DNA of 64,000 bases from Clostridia bacterium (GCA_041678685.1 JBAYNV010000001.1:4498-68497); one strand, 5' to 3'; counted from the stretch's first letter, positions 40,450 through 50,016 are shown. Made by a program: numbers and translations. The notes: generated by a model from the sequence alone, not told the origin.

Positions 40450-40938
40450 TTACAAACCGGCTATCTGATCTGCACCGCTTAGGATCATCCTGCAATCCAG
40501 GAGCAGCTTTATCCCATTAGGCGTCTTACCTATATTCTGGATATAATTATTCTGGCAGCACTCTTTGTATTCCGGCGGTGCAACAACATCATCACCGCTG
40601 ATGGTTATTACTTCAGTGACATTATCCACGATAAAACCTGCCGTTATATCCTCGACATTAACAACTATTATGCAGGTCCTGTCATCATAATCCACGGCTT
40701 CCTTCTTGAATTTCAGCCTGATATCTATCACCGGGATTATTTTTCCTCTGAGGTTTATTATCCCTTTGACATAATCAGGGACTTCGGGAATTACCGTGAC
40801 AGGCAGTATCCCTATTATCTCCGTCACATACTTGATCTCTACCCCAAAGGATTCATTGCCTATACTGAAGGTGAGATATCTGTCCTTCTGAGTATCTTCC
40901 TCCTGCTGTGCCAGGTTTTTGTCATTGTCAGTATCCAT
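40450..40938 (-). CDS. cheW: chemotaxis coupling protein CheW (copy 2)
   Basis: YLTFSIGNESFGVEIKYVTEII...GIINLRGKIIPVIDIR is a CheW paralogue of the 36530..37057 gene. Confidence 0.9.
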   Translation of the reverse strand: MDTDNDKNLAQQEEDTQKDRYLTFSIGNESFGVEIKYVTEIIGILPVTVIPEVPDYVKGIINLRGKIIPVIDIRLKFKKEAVDYDDRTCIIVVNVEDITAGFIVDNVTEVITISGDDVVAPPEYKECCQNNYIQNIGKTPNGIKLLLDCRMILSGADQIAGL

Positions 40939-40951
40939 ATCCGCTCTCCTT

Positions 40952-42970
40952 CTATTTGATTATCTGGCTGAAAAGCCCGGTTACATCCAAAATTATGCTT
41001 ATATTTGCATCGTCAAGGATCGCGCATCCCGCAATGCCTGTATTCGCATTCTCGCATTTACCTATGAACGCAGGTATGGGTTTTACCACGATCTGCTGTT
41101 CTCCTATTATCGTGTCTGCAAATATGCAGAATGCATTATCCTCAGATTCGACCATCACAAGGATCCCTTCAGTAAGATCCGTTATTTCACTTTCCAATAC
41201 AAAATGCCTGTGCAGTCTGACTACCGGATATGCTTTTCCTCGTATCATAACCATTTCCCTATCAGAAGTATCTTTAACTATATCTTCTTTTTTGATCTTC
41301 ATTGATTCTTTAATTGAGGTTATAGGTATCGTAAAAATCGATTTTCCTACAGACACTTTCATTCCGTTTATTATAGCGAGGGTCAGAGGTATCCTCATAT
41401 TGATGGTCGTACCTTCACCAAATATACTTTCGATGGAAATATTACCTCCAAGTTTTTCAATGGTCTTTTTTACAACATCAAGCCCGACGCCCCTGCCTGA
41501 GTATTCGGTTACCTCAGTATTGGTCGAAAAGCCTGCAATAAGAATAAGGGAGAATATTTCTTTATCGGTCATTTCATCTTCCGCTTTTACTGTAAAACCG
41601 CGATCTTTTGCTTTTTCGTATATCCTGTGTCTGTCCAGGCCTTTACCGTCGTCGCTGATCCTGATGGTTATCTCGCTTCCGTTATTCCTGGCATCAAGAA
41701 TGACTTTGCCCTTTTCCGGTTTATTTGCTTTTTTTCTTGTTTCCGGATCTTCGATCCCATGATCCATACAATTTCTTACAAGGTGTATCAGCGGATCACC
41801 CAGACTGTCTATTATGCTTTTATCGACTTCAGTCTCTTCCCCATAAATATAAAGCTCAACATCCTTACCAAGCTTTTTGTTCATGTCTCTGACGATCCGA
41901 TGCATCTTGTGAAATGTCGCCGCTATAGGTATCATCCTTATGGACATCACTACATCCTGCAATTCATTATTCAGTTTCTTGAGCTGGGCCGCTGACTTCT
42001 GGAAATTATCCAGCTGTAGTCCTTTAAGATCAGGATTATTTATGACCATGGCTTCAGTAATGACTATTTCTCCTACAAGATCCATAAGCCTGTCCATTTT
42101 TTCTATATTTACGCTTATGATGCCTTTTTTCTGTTGCACGCCGTTTTGACTGTCAATGTTTTTTGCTTCCGTCGATGCGCCTTCTTTGGACGGACCGGAC
42201 TTCCCGGCGTCATTATCTGAAATAACTGCAAGCCTGATATCTGTAACAAACAAAGATTCTTTCAGGACTTTTTCGATCTCCTCCTGATGATGTTCAGAAT
42301 TGAATCTGATAATGAATCCGTTTTTTGCGATAATGTCAGATGCTTCATCATTATCCATAAGTTCTTCCGGGATATGCGCGATCGAACTGCAGTAATCAGT
42401 TATATTTCTCACAACAGTATATGCTCTGATATTGAGCATGCCGCAATCATTATCAAAAGTAACTTTTGCTTCATATAATGTCCCTTTGCGGTCATCCGTA
42501 ATGGCCTGCTGTAAATCCGTTGCAGCTATTTTGTCTTTAGCTTTCGCAGTGTCTTTCCCCGGATCTTTAAGTTTGGCGATAAGGACGGTTATCTTCTTTT
42601 CCAGATCACTTGCATCGCCATCCGGTGTCTTTCCCTCTTCAAGCTTCTTTATTTCAGTCCTTATGAAATCAATCGTCATAAAACCAAGTTGGGTTATTTC
42701 GTCATTATTTATACCGGTCAGATCATTCTCCCTTATATAATAGAAAAGATCCTCGATTTTATGAGTAAGAACACTGATGCCTTCAAGCTGCATCATGGCA
42801 GATGAACCCTTTGTCGTATGCATTATCCTGAATATTTCATCGATATTCTCTTTTGTCATCTGCTTTGAGCTTTCAATGTTAAGCAGTTGCTCTTCTAACT
42901 GTTCCATAAGCTCATAAGTCTCAAAAAGGAATACTTCCAGCATGTGTTCATTGAATATATTACTCGTCAT
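40952..42970 (-). CDS. cheA: chemotaxis histidine kinase CheA
   Basis: An Hpt domain (MHTTKGSSAMM), P2, a dimerisation domain, an HATPase_c domain (DDGKG...GRGVGLDVV) and a C-terminal CheW-like domain. Confidence 0.95.
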   Translation of the reverse strand: MTSNIFNEHMLEVFLFETYELMEQLEEQLLNIESSKQMTKENIDEIFRIMHTTKGSSAMMQLEGISVLTHKIEDLFYYIRENDLTGINNDEITQLGFMTIDFIRTEIKKLEEGKTPDGDASDLEKKITVLIAKLKDPGKDTAKAKDKIAATDLQQAITDDRKGTLYEAKVTFDNDCGMLNIRAYTVVRNITDYCSSIAHIPEELMDNDEASDIIAKNGFIIRFNSEHHQEEIEKVLKESLFVTDIRLAVISDNDAGKSGPSKEGASTEAKNIDSQNGVQQKKGIISVNIEKMDRLMDLVGEIVITEAMVINNPDLKGLQLDNFQKSAAQLKKLNNELQDVVMSIRMIPIAATFHKMHRIVRDMNKKLGKDVELYIYGEETEVDKSIIDSLGDPLIHLVRNCMDHGIEDPETRKKANKPEKGKVILDARNNGSEITIRISDDGKGLDRHRIYEKAKDRGFTVKAEDEMTDKEIFSLILIAGFSTNTEVTEYSGRGVGLDVVKKTIEKLGGNISIESIFGEGTTINMRIPLTLAIINGMKVSVGKSIFTIPITSIKESMKIKKEDIVKDTSDREMVMIRGKAYPVVRLHRHFVLESEITDLTEGILVMVESEDNAFCIFADTIIGEQQIVVKPIPAFIGKCENANTGIAGCAILDDANISIILDVTGLFSQIIK

Positions 42971-43040
42971 ATTACCCCCAATTATCCGAAAAACTTATAC
43001 CTGCTACATCATAAATACATGAAAACTTCTTACAACAGAT

Positions 43041-43068
43041 ATATCGGAGCAAACATTGATTTCTTTAA
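43041..43068 (-). promoter_or_regulatory. sigma-28 (FliA/SigD)-type promoter for the cheA-...-cheD operon
   Basis: The minus strand reads TAAA gaaatcaatgtttgc tCCGATAT, which fits TAAA-N15-GCCGATAT. It lies about 70 nt upstream of the cheA ATG and downstream of the fliS terminator. Confidence 0.5.
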
Positions 43069-43142
43069 CTTTGGGAGCTTTATATTTTTTTAACCGCGTA
43101 TATAAAATAGTTAAAATATTCTAGAGCACCATCGATCCTGAC

Positions 43143-43181
43143 AAAAAAAAGAAACGCTGCCGGATATGATAAGTGCGTTTC
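43143..43181 (-). terminator. rho-independent terminator after fliS
   Basis: On the minus strand GAAACGC (17-nt loop) GCGTTTC is followed by TTTTTTTT. It separates the fliS unit from the che operon promoter. Confidence 0.6.
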
Positions 43182-43212
43182 TTTATGTCATATTTATATG
43201 CTATGTTAAAGT

Positions 43213-43605
43213 TCACACGGCCTTGCTTTTCAGTTTTCTGTTTGTTTCCGTCACTTCCATCCATAAACTGCGGAATTGCATCACAAAATCCAAAGCTACA
43301 TCAAGTTTTCCGATATCTTTTTTCATATTAGCCAAAGTAAGCTGATATATTACGAACTCATACATATCATCAAGCTGCTTGGATATGGGATAACCTTTAT
43401 CAAGTGAGGACCGCAGGTAGTAAAGTATGTCCTCGGCTTTCTGTATATAAGAGTTGGTTTTTTCCATATTCTTTTTATTCAGACAGCACTTGGCCAATTC
43501 AATATCACCTATGCATTTGTTGTACAGAAGCAATATCAACCCTTCAGGGGTAGACTGCAATATATTGTTATCCGCGTATTCCTTTAGAATATTTTCCTGT
43601 TTCAT
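43213..43605 (-). CDS. fliS: flagellin-specific export chaperone FliS
   Basis: A 130-aa four-helix FliS family protein (EGLILLLYNKCIGDIELAK). Its position after fliD supports the call. Confidence 0.85.
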   Translation of the reverse strand: MKQENILKEYADNNILQSTPEGLILLLYNKCIGDIELAKCCLNKKNMEKTNSYIQKAEDILYYLRSSLDKGYPISKQLDDMYEFVIYQLTLANMKKDIGKLDVALDFVMQFRSLWMEVTETNRKLKSKAV

Positions 43606-43606
43606 G

Positions 43607-45496
43607 TTACTGCTCCATCATTGACGTGACATAACTGCTTTGAGTATTCATTTTCTGTATCGCTATCTCCAGATCCGTGAACCGCGACCAGTACTGTTTT
43701 TCCTTGTCATCCATGTCATCATTCGCTTCTTCTAGTTTTGCCTTGATATCATTTATCCTCTTAGTCAGCATATTCGTATCGTCGGATGCATCATCGGTAA
43801 CACCCGCTTTTTCGATCAGAAATCCTTTATTACCGTTTTTATCTCTGGAAACCGTGATATATTTCTTAATAATATCGTTCACTCTCTGGGCAAATCCATT
43901 TTCATCGAACCGCTTTGCTGCATCTGTAGCGCTCAAATCTCGGGTATATTCCACAGTTGACTGTCTGGTGAACATATCCACTACTTCTTCAAATTTGCCT
44001 TCTATGGCACCTTTCAGAACTGTTTCGTCGATACTGATCCTGCCATTATTGGTATAGTCGGAAGTGTTTATCCCGATACTGCCGAAAGTCATATTCAGGT
44101 TTTCCACTGCGCTTGTAAAAGCTGTCCTAAATTCACTGAGCATATTGAACAGCAGGCTGTCGGATTTCAATATCCCCTCTTTTGCGGTAGCTTCCCATTC
44201 TGCGATCTGCTTTTCAGTCATATCACCCTTCTGCTCGTCGCTCAAAGGCTCGTAATCATAATCCCTTGTCTGCAGGACATGAGTCGTAAGCTCTGAAACA
44301 ACACTGTTATATTCATCAATAAACGACTTTATGGAATCATATATACCGTCCACATTATTTTCCACACCAAACTCTATGGCCTGCACCGTTTCTTTCTTCA
44401 GTGTGTATGTGATATTGTCAATCGTAAATGTATTTGAACTTCTTGTTATGATGCTGGTTTTGTCCTCATCATTAAGATAAAACATTGCATCCTGGCCATT
44501 CTTTGTTAAGCCGCCTGTAATGCCAAGGAGACTGTCTTCGCCAAAAAAGCTACCGGTCAGGTTCTCTATGTCTATATATGAATTACTTCCGGTTTTTGCA
44601 GACGTTACGGTCATTTTATCCGTTATGCTGTTGTATGTCATTTTAACTTTTGCCGCTGATTCATTTATAGTATTCATTATTGTTTCAATGCTGTCGCTGC
44701 CGGAAAAATTAAATTCTGTCCCGTTTATTTTGAATGACATATCCTCGTTAGATCCGAAATTCTCATACATGGAACCCTTCAGATTAAGAATGCTCATATC
44801 ACCGGACCGTAACCCCAGGTAATCCAGTTTGATGACCGATTCACTACTGTCAAGTATCTGAAAAGTACTATTATCTGCCATAAGCTGTATTTCATTGTTC
44901 AGGTCCAGACTGGCTGTTACTCTTCCGGATCCCAGTTCAGCATCCAGTTTAGCCTGCAGATCCGATATGAATACGGCTCTGTCGGTGTAATTCTGATCAA
45001 AACTGATTTCATACTGCTCTCCGTCGAGTCTGGCATAAAAAGACATACCGCTTATATCTATAGTGGGAAGCAAAGACAGATCATCACTTCCCGAAATACC
45101 GTTTTTAACGGCTGTGTTACTGGTGACATTTGATGCTTTTGCAGTCTGAAGTATTTCATTTATCGTATATGCACCTGCTGCCGCATCACCGTTGGCCATT
45201 GCTGTAACATATGCGTTTGAGACCATATCTACTGTCTTTAAATTGGTAGTGGAAAGTATATTTTGCGAATTATCGGAAAGATTGAACTGAGATTTTGTAA
45301 AATCCGATAATGTCTGTATCACACCTCTGTAAGCATCCTGCTGCCACGTCGCATAAGTCAGTTCCTGTTCGATCTTGATGACCTTCTGTCTTTCAGCTTT
45401 CATCAGGTTCTCGATCATATCCTCAGTATCAAGACCTGATGCCAGTCCTGAGATCCTGCTTGACGAATATTCTAAAGTCGATACTTCTTCTGACAT
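43607..45496 (-). CDS. fliD: flagellar filament capping protein FliD (HAP2)
   Basis: N-terminal SGLASGLDTEDMIENLMKAERQ and C-terminal FliD coiled-coil domains. 629 aa. Confidence 0.85.
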   Translation of the reverse strand: MSEEVSTLEYSSSRISGLASGLDTEDMIENLMKAERQKVIKIEQELTYATWQQDAYRGVIQTLSDFTKSQFNLSDNSQNILSTTNLKTVDMVSNAYVTAMANGDAAAGAYTINEILQTAKASNVTSNTAVKNGISGSDDLSLLPTIDISGMSFYARLDGEQYEISFDQNYTDRAVFISDLQAKLDAELGSGRVTASLDLNNEIQLMADNSTFQILDSSESVIKLDYLGLRSGDMSILNLKGSMYENFGSNEDMSFKINGTEFNFSGSDSIETIMNTINESAAKVKMTYNSITDKMTVTSAKTGSNSYIDIENLTGSFFGEDSLLGITGGLTKNGQDAMFYLNDEDKTSIITRSSNTFTIDNITYTLKKETVQAIEFGVENNVDGIYDSIKSFIDEYNSVVSELTTHVLQTRDYDYEPLSDEQKGDMTEKQIAEWEATAKEGILKSDSLLFNMLSEFRTAFTSAVENLNMTFGSIGINTSDYTNNGRISIDETVLKGAIEGKFEEVVDMFTRQSTVEYTRDLSATDAAKRFDENGFAQRVNDIIKKYITVSRDKNGNKGFLIEKAGVTDDASDDTNMLTKRINDIKAKLEEANDDMDDKEKQYWSRFTDLEIAIQKMNTQSSYVTSMMEQ

Positions 45497-45509
45497 ATTA
45501 TCACCTCGA

Positions 45510-45890
45510 TTAGACTTCCCTGTTTGCTATAAGACCGAATTTTTCTGATACTGCTACGGACAGATCTATAAGCTTTGTTGACGGGATCTCTTTTATTATC
45601 TCATTCGTACGGATATCTATAACCCGGAAGATCACGGAATTAGTTTCCTTATAGATACTGTACTCCACGCGCTTTTCATCTTTTATCAGCAGATTATTAA
45701 GTTCTTCAACCTGTTTGTCAAGCTGTATCTTGTTATCGCATGTCTGGATATCTTCTTCCGGCTCGCTATCTGATATCCCGTTAATATTATCCTTTGTCTG
45801 CTTGTCTGCCGGCGGTTCTTTCACTGCCTGGCTTTCGACTGATACTGCTGCTGTAACGCCGGTTATTGAATCAATGTATGAATCATTCAT
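45510..45890 (-). CDS. flaG: flagellar protein FlaG
   Basis: A C-terminal FlaG domain (VEYSIYKETNSVIFRVIDIRTNEIIKEIPS). I prefer the start at MNDSY (AGGTG SD) over the track start at 45926. Confidence 0.7.
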   Translation of the reverse strand: MNDSYIDSITGVTAAVSVESQAVKEPPADKQTKDNINGISDSEPEEDIQTCDNKIQLDKQVEELNNLLIKDEKRVEYSIYKETNSVIFRVIDIRTNEIIKEIPSTKLIDLSVAVSEKFGLIANREV

Positions 45891-45931
45891 ATTACACCTC
45901 TGATTTCCTCCATATCGATGTATCAACAGTT

Positions 45932-45967
45932 AAAAATACCCGCCGTTTTTAAGCGGCGGGTTTTTTA
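45932..45967. terminator. rho-independent terminator after the flagellin gene (bidirectional hairpin)
   Basis: aaaaat ACCCGCCG tttttaag CGGCGGGT ttttt: an 8-bp GC-rich stem. It is immediately 3' of the flagellin stop on the minus strand. Confidence 0.65.
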
Positions 45968-45976
45968 GTGATCTGA

Positions 45977-47164
45977 TCAGCTGTTAAGCAGCTGTAATAC
46001 GTTCTGAGGCTGCGCATTCGCCTGAGCTAACATGGATTGTGCTGCCTGGCCTAACACGTTCATCTTTGTATATTCCATCATTTCAGATGCCATATCTACA
46101 TCTCTGATACGTGATTCAGCTGCGGTCATGTTCTCGGAAGCTGTTTCAAGGTTCGTGATCGTATACTCAAGTCTGTTGGTATATGAACCAAGATTTGACC
46201 TCTGTGTGGAGACAGCGCTTATAGCATTATCGATTGAAGTAAGAGACGCTGATGCGGAAGCACCGGTCGATACATCCAATCCCTGAAGTGAACCATTCTG
46301 TAATGCTTTTATAGATACAGTCGTTACCATATCCGCTTCGAGGTCTGCTCCGGAAGTTATAGCGATCGATTCTCCCGATGCTATAATGTCTGCAAAATCA
46401 CTGTGAGACAGAGTAAAATCGCTTCCAGCTCCGACAGCATCAGCCGTTACATCTGCTGATATGCCGTTTACTGTTATGCGGGCTGTCCCGGCGGTAGTTG
46501 CATTACCTACTGTAAGAACGTCAAATGTGATTTCCAGACTCTGAAGATTTGATGTATAGTTGCTTACATCAACAGCTCCGCCATCGGTATGGAAGGTTCC
46601 TGCCACATCTGTGTATTCTGCTGCTTCAAGAGTCGGAACTTCGCTACCTATACCAACACCTATTGTCACAGCATCCATTTTTGTAAGGGAAACTGTCAGT
46701 GTCTGGCCTGCATCTGCGCCGATCTGGAGATTGCCGGAAAACACGTGGTCATTTGACATAAGGGCTTCACCGTTGAACTTTGTCGTGTCAGCGATCCTTG
46801 TGATTTCCTGAGCTAACTGATCCATTTCGGCCTGTATTGTGGATCTGTCGCTTGCTGTTGCGGTATCGTTGCCTGCCTGTACAGCCAGTTCACGCATTCT
46901 TTGAAGTATCGATGTCGTCTCATTCAAAGCACCTTCTGCTGTCTGTATAAGGGAAATACCGTCCTGAGCATTTCTGTTTGCCTGATCCAATCCGTTTATC
47001 TGCGCTCTCATTTTTTCTGAAATCGCCATTCCTGCGGGATCGTCACCGGCCTGATTGATTCTAAGACCTGATGAAAGTTTTTCTAGTGAGCTGTTAGCAG
47101 CCTCGTTGTTTTTTGATAACTGGTTATATGTATTTAACGCAGCTATGTTGTGGTTAATTCTCAT
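45977..47164 (-). CDS. fliC: flagellin (FliC/Hag)
   Basis: A conserved N-terminal D0/D1 (MRINHNIAALNTYNQL...LSSGLRINQAGDDPAGMAISEKMRAQINGLDQA) and a C-terminal (QAAQSMLAQANAQPQNVLQLL). The central domain is variable. Confidence 0.95.
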   Translation of the reverse strand: MRINHNIAALNTYNQLSKNNEAANSSLEKLSSGLRINQAGDDPAGMAISEKMRAQINGLDQANRNAQDGISLIQTAEGALNETTSILQRMRELAVQAGNDTATASDRSTIQAEMDQLAQEITRIADTTKFNGEALMSNDHVFSGNLQIGADAGQTLTVSLTKMDAVTIGVGIGSEVPTLEAAEYTDVAGTFHTDGGAVDVSNYTSNLQSLEITFDVLTVGNATTAGTARITVNGISADVTADAVGAGSDFTLSHSDFADIIASGESIAITSGADLEADMVTTVSIKALQNGSLQGLDVSTGASASASLTSIDNAISAVSTQRSNLGSYTNRLEYTITNLETASENMTAAESRIRDVDMASEMMEYTKMNVLGQAAQSMLAQANAQPQNVLQLLNS

Positions 47165-47244
47165 GTAATCCTCCTTGATTTTTTATCGGGAATCCTTTCC
47201 CTATTTTTTTGTGCCAGTATACCGGCCAGTATCTTCACAACTAA

Positions 47245-47272
47245 TTAATCGGATCAAATCATGATTACTTTA
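47245..47272 (-). promoter_or_regulatory. candidate sigma-28-type promoter for flagellin (TAAAGT...N...CCGATTAA)
   Basis: The minus strand reads TAAAgtaatcatgatttga tCCGATTAA, about 80 nt upstream of the flagellin ATG. The -10 matches 6 of 8 positions. The leader contains several GGA motifs, one overlapping the SD. Confidence 0.4.
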
Positions 47273-47325
47273 ATTTTTTTTATATTTTTTTTATTATTGT
47301 TTCGAATATGGATCCGTTACAGGGA

Positions 47326-48402
47326 TCAGCCGTCTACTTCCTTATTGATAACGATATTAAGATAATCAGTGTTTACTTTCAGATCGACATCGTATGGGGC
47401 GACCCTGTTGCCTTCTTCTTCGAAAACCCTTATCACAGGCCGCAGCGGAAGCCCTTTATTATTATTTACGACTATCGCCTGCGCTCCGTTGCTCAACTCT
47501 ATTATCGTACCTGGATTGAAGGGCGTGATGTTTTCTATAAATACCCTGGTGATCTCCGGGTCAAACATGCTTCCGCTGTTTCCCATTATATATTCAAAGG
47601 CTTCAGACTGGCTCCATGCCTTACGGTATGGCCTGTTTGAAGTCAGCGCTTCATACACATCGCAGATACACAGAGCTTTCCCGTATTTACTGATACCGGT
47701 ATCCGCTATCCCGAAGGGATATCCTTTTCCGTTATGATACTCATGATGCATCATAACACCCATCCTGGCCTGAGTGGAAAGGCAGCCCTGTTCCACAAGA
47801 TAATCATATCCTTTGAGCGGATGCTGCTTGACGAGTTCATATTCAGCACTGCTTAATTTACCCGGTTTATTCAGTATCGTCGAAGGTATGAAAAGCTTGC
47901 CTATGTCATGCATAAGCGCGCTTTTGAACAGATCGATCAGTATCGATTTGCTCATCATGGATTTCTTTCCCACGATCGCTGCGATCAAAGCAACATTCAC
48001 ACAGTGGGTATATGTAAAATCATCATGGCACTTCATGTACATGATGTTATATACTGCATTTTCGTTTATGACTATATCTGATATTATATTATCCGTCAGC
48101 TGATCGATTTCTTTCCAGCTGTTCAGTATGCCTTTATTATTGTTTTTAATGGATGTATACAGATCCTTCACCCTGTTGATGGCTTCGACCCGTATCCTCG
48201 GATTAATCGTTTCACTGACCTCGATCCCTTCGGATATCCCATCCTCTATCAGTATTGAAAGATATCCCAGTGTTTCAAGCTGCTGTATGTATTTTGAAGT
48301 TAGTCTGGTATTTCTTGTAAGATAAATTTCTCCGTACTTACCATAGACATCCTTACCTACTATCATGTCCTCCTTTAAAAAAGTAGTCGGAACACACCTC
48401 AT
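47326..48402 (-). CDS. HD-GYP domain protein (putative c-di-GMP phosphodiesterase)
   Basis: HD motif (LMHDIGKLF) and GYP motif (HHEYHNGKGYPFG). There is an N-terminal uncharacterised domain of about 130 aa. The start overlaps the csrA stop by 4 nt. Confidence 0.85.
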   Translation of the reverse strand: MRCVPTTFLKEDMIVGKDVYGKYGEIYLTRNTRLTSKYIQQLETLGYLSILIEDGISEGIEVSETINPRIRVEAINRVKDLYTSIKNNNKGILNSWKEIDQLTDNIISDIVINENAVYNIMYMKCHDDFTYTHCVNVALIAAIVGKKSMMSKSILIDLFKSALMHDIGKLFIPSTILNKPGKLSSAEYELVKQHPLKGYDYLVEQGCLSTQARMGVMMHHEYHNGKGYPFGIADTGISKYGKALCICDVYEALTSNRPYRKAWSQSEAFEYIMGNSGSMFDPEITRVFIENITPFNPGTIIELSNGAQAIVVNNNKGLPLRPVIRVFEEEGNRVAPYDVDLKVNTDYLNIVINKEVDG

Positions 48403-48641
48403 TTCTCTATTTCCTTATTCAAAAATATCCCTATCTTTTCTATAGACTGATCATCATTTTTTGACGATGCATGAATGTTTTCAGCGGTGACTTCATCAAC
48501 TATTTCTTTTCTCAAGACTCTAATGCTTTTTTTTGCATTGACTCCAAGCTTGACTTTACCGTTTTGCGATTCTATGACGGTGATCTCGATATCGTCGCCG
48601 ATCAATATGGATTCTCCAGATTTTCTTGATATAACCAACAT
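48399..48641 (-). CDS. csrA: carbon storage regulator CsrA
   Basis: MLVISRKSGESILIGDDIEITVIESQNGKVKLGVNA is the CsrA signature. A C-terminal extension is present, as in flagellar CsrA of Firmicutes. Confidence 0.9.
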   Translation of the reverse strand: MLVISRKSGESILIGDDIEITVIESQNGKVKLGVNAKKSIRVLRKEIVDEVTAENIHASSKNDDQSIEKIGIFLNKEIEK

Positions 48642-48653
48642 TTCTTTAATCCC

Positions 48654-49052
48654 CTAGCAACCAAGTATCCTGTGCCTTATACTGTATCTGTCATCTTCTA
48701 GGATCAGTTGTATTGCGTTTCCATTCTCTATATTGATTATTATAGGACTTCTTAAGTTAATTGTCATCATTTTAATATCATTTGGAATAACAACGATCCC
48801 ATAGATCCGCATATCAGCAGGATCTTTTAATTCGAGCGATTTCATTTCCTTATCATCAAGAACAGGATCATATGATCTGTCGATCATTTTAGGATCCAGG
48901 AGTATAAAGCAAACGTTTCCGTCAGATGCCTTTAAAAATCTGAAGGGATTATCTGCGCTTTCTGATGCTTTTGTCAGCGTATATTCCTTTATGTTCTCAA
49001 ATCCATATATTTCCCTTTTAAATGTGATATCCATTGGTTTATCCGTTTCCAT
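48654..49052 (-). CDS. fliW: flagellar assembly factor FliW
   Basis: A 132-aa FliW family protein. The fliW-csrA pair sits upstream of flagellin, as in Bacillus. Confidence 0.85.
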   Translation of the reverse strand: METDKPMDITFKREIYGFENIKEYTLTKASESADNPFRFLKASDGNVCFILLDPKMIDRSYDPVLDDKEMKSLELKDPADMRIYGIVVIPNDIKMMTINLRSPIIINIENGNAIQLILEDDRYSIRHRILGC

Positions 49053-49070
49053 TTCATCCCGCCTTTATAT

Positions 49071-50006
49071 TTACTCTATAAAATCAAGTAATGATAACTG
49101 TATTGCAGAAACCGAAGCCGATAATGACGCCTCATATGCCTGTTCAGCAAGCTTATAGTTCAGTATCGCTTTTTCGGTATCTATATCCTCTACGTCTGAT
49201 ATACGGTCATTTAATGTTGACTCCCGGCTTTTCAGCTGTGTTTTCACGGAATCGATCCTGTTGGCCGCTGCGCCTATTTTTGTAATATTTATAAGCACTT
49301 TATCATAATTATCTTCAAGCACTTTATTAAATGCAGTGTACGATTCATTATTGAACACATCAGCTCTTATGACATTAGTCAGAGCATCTATGTTATTCAG
49401 CATATTGTTTTCGCCTGTACCCATTATTTCCAGCGCTGAGATCCGTATATCCATACTCATGCCTTTACTGATGTTTACCGAGACTTTTTCCGACATCGCT
49501 GACGCTGTTTCTTCATCCGTCATTAACAATGTATCGATCCCGTTATATCCATATACTCCGCCATCAGCGGTCACCGGTTTGTTTTTTGTGTTGAACCCAC
49601 CAAAAATGTATACTCCTGAACTGCTGTAATTCAGGTCTGTTATTATCTGTTCTTTATACTGCTGGATCTCCTGACTCAGGGATTCTTTTGCTGATGAGGA
49701 TAAAGAAGAATTATTTGCATTTGTGCACAGTTCCATTATCTTCTGCATGCAGCTGTTTATGTCTTTTACTGCCGTTTCCATATCGCTTATCGCAGCTGTA
49801 GCGTTATCGATATTGCTGTAATATTTGGCTATATCTTTTTTATCGCTTTTAAGCCTGTTGAGACTGTTTGCAGATACGGGATCATCATAAGCGTTCTCAT
49901 ACTTTTTCCCCGTTGAAACGGAATATGAAGTATCCGAAAGCTTTTTATATGCCGTTTCGATATCTTTCATCGATCTTCTTGCCATCATACCGTTTGTTAT
50001 CCTCAT
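49071..50006 (-). CDS. flgL: flagellar hook-associated protein 3 FlgL
   Basis: A flagellin-like N-terminus (MRITNGMMARRSMKDIETAYKKLSDTSYSVSTGKK) and C-terminal helices. It follows flgK. Confidence 0.8.
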   Translation of the reverse strand: MRITNGMMARRSMKDIETAYKKLSDTSYSVSTGKKYENAYDDPVSANSLNRLKSDKKDIAKYYSNIDNATAAISDMETAVKDINSCMQKIMELCTNANNSSLSSSAKESLSQEIQQYKEQIITDLNYSSSGVYIFGGFNTKNKPVTADGGVYGYNGIDTLLMTDEETASAMSEKVSVNISKGMSMDIRISALEIMGTGENNMLNNIDALTNVIRADVFNNESYTAFNKVLEDNYDKVLINITKIGAAANRIDSVKTQLKSRESTLNDRISDVEDIDTEKAILNYKLAEQAYEASLSASVSAIQLSLLDFIE

Positions 50007-50016
50007 GATTCTACTC

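Noticed and set aside
40908-41762. 284-aa plus-strand ORF and other long antisense ORFs (56162..56959, 34313..35008, 24747..25478, 38885..39415, 21753..22346, 19529..20062, 15356..15979, 11889..12431)
   Set aside because: Each lies fully inside and antisense to a confidently identified gene (cheA, flhA, cheB/cheC, fliJ/ylxF, mcp, fliG, fliF, the lyase, the GPH transporter). They have Ser/Ile-rich low-complexity translations typical of antisense frames in AT-rich DNA.
47180-47195. CCCGATAA motif close to the flagellin SD as a sigma-28 -10
   Set aside because: It sits only about 14 nt upstream of the ATG, so a transcript would lack a leader and SD. The upstream TAAAGT...CCGATTAA candidate (47245..47272) is preferred.
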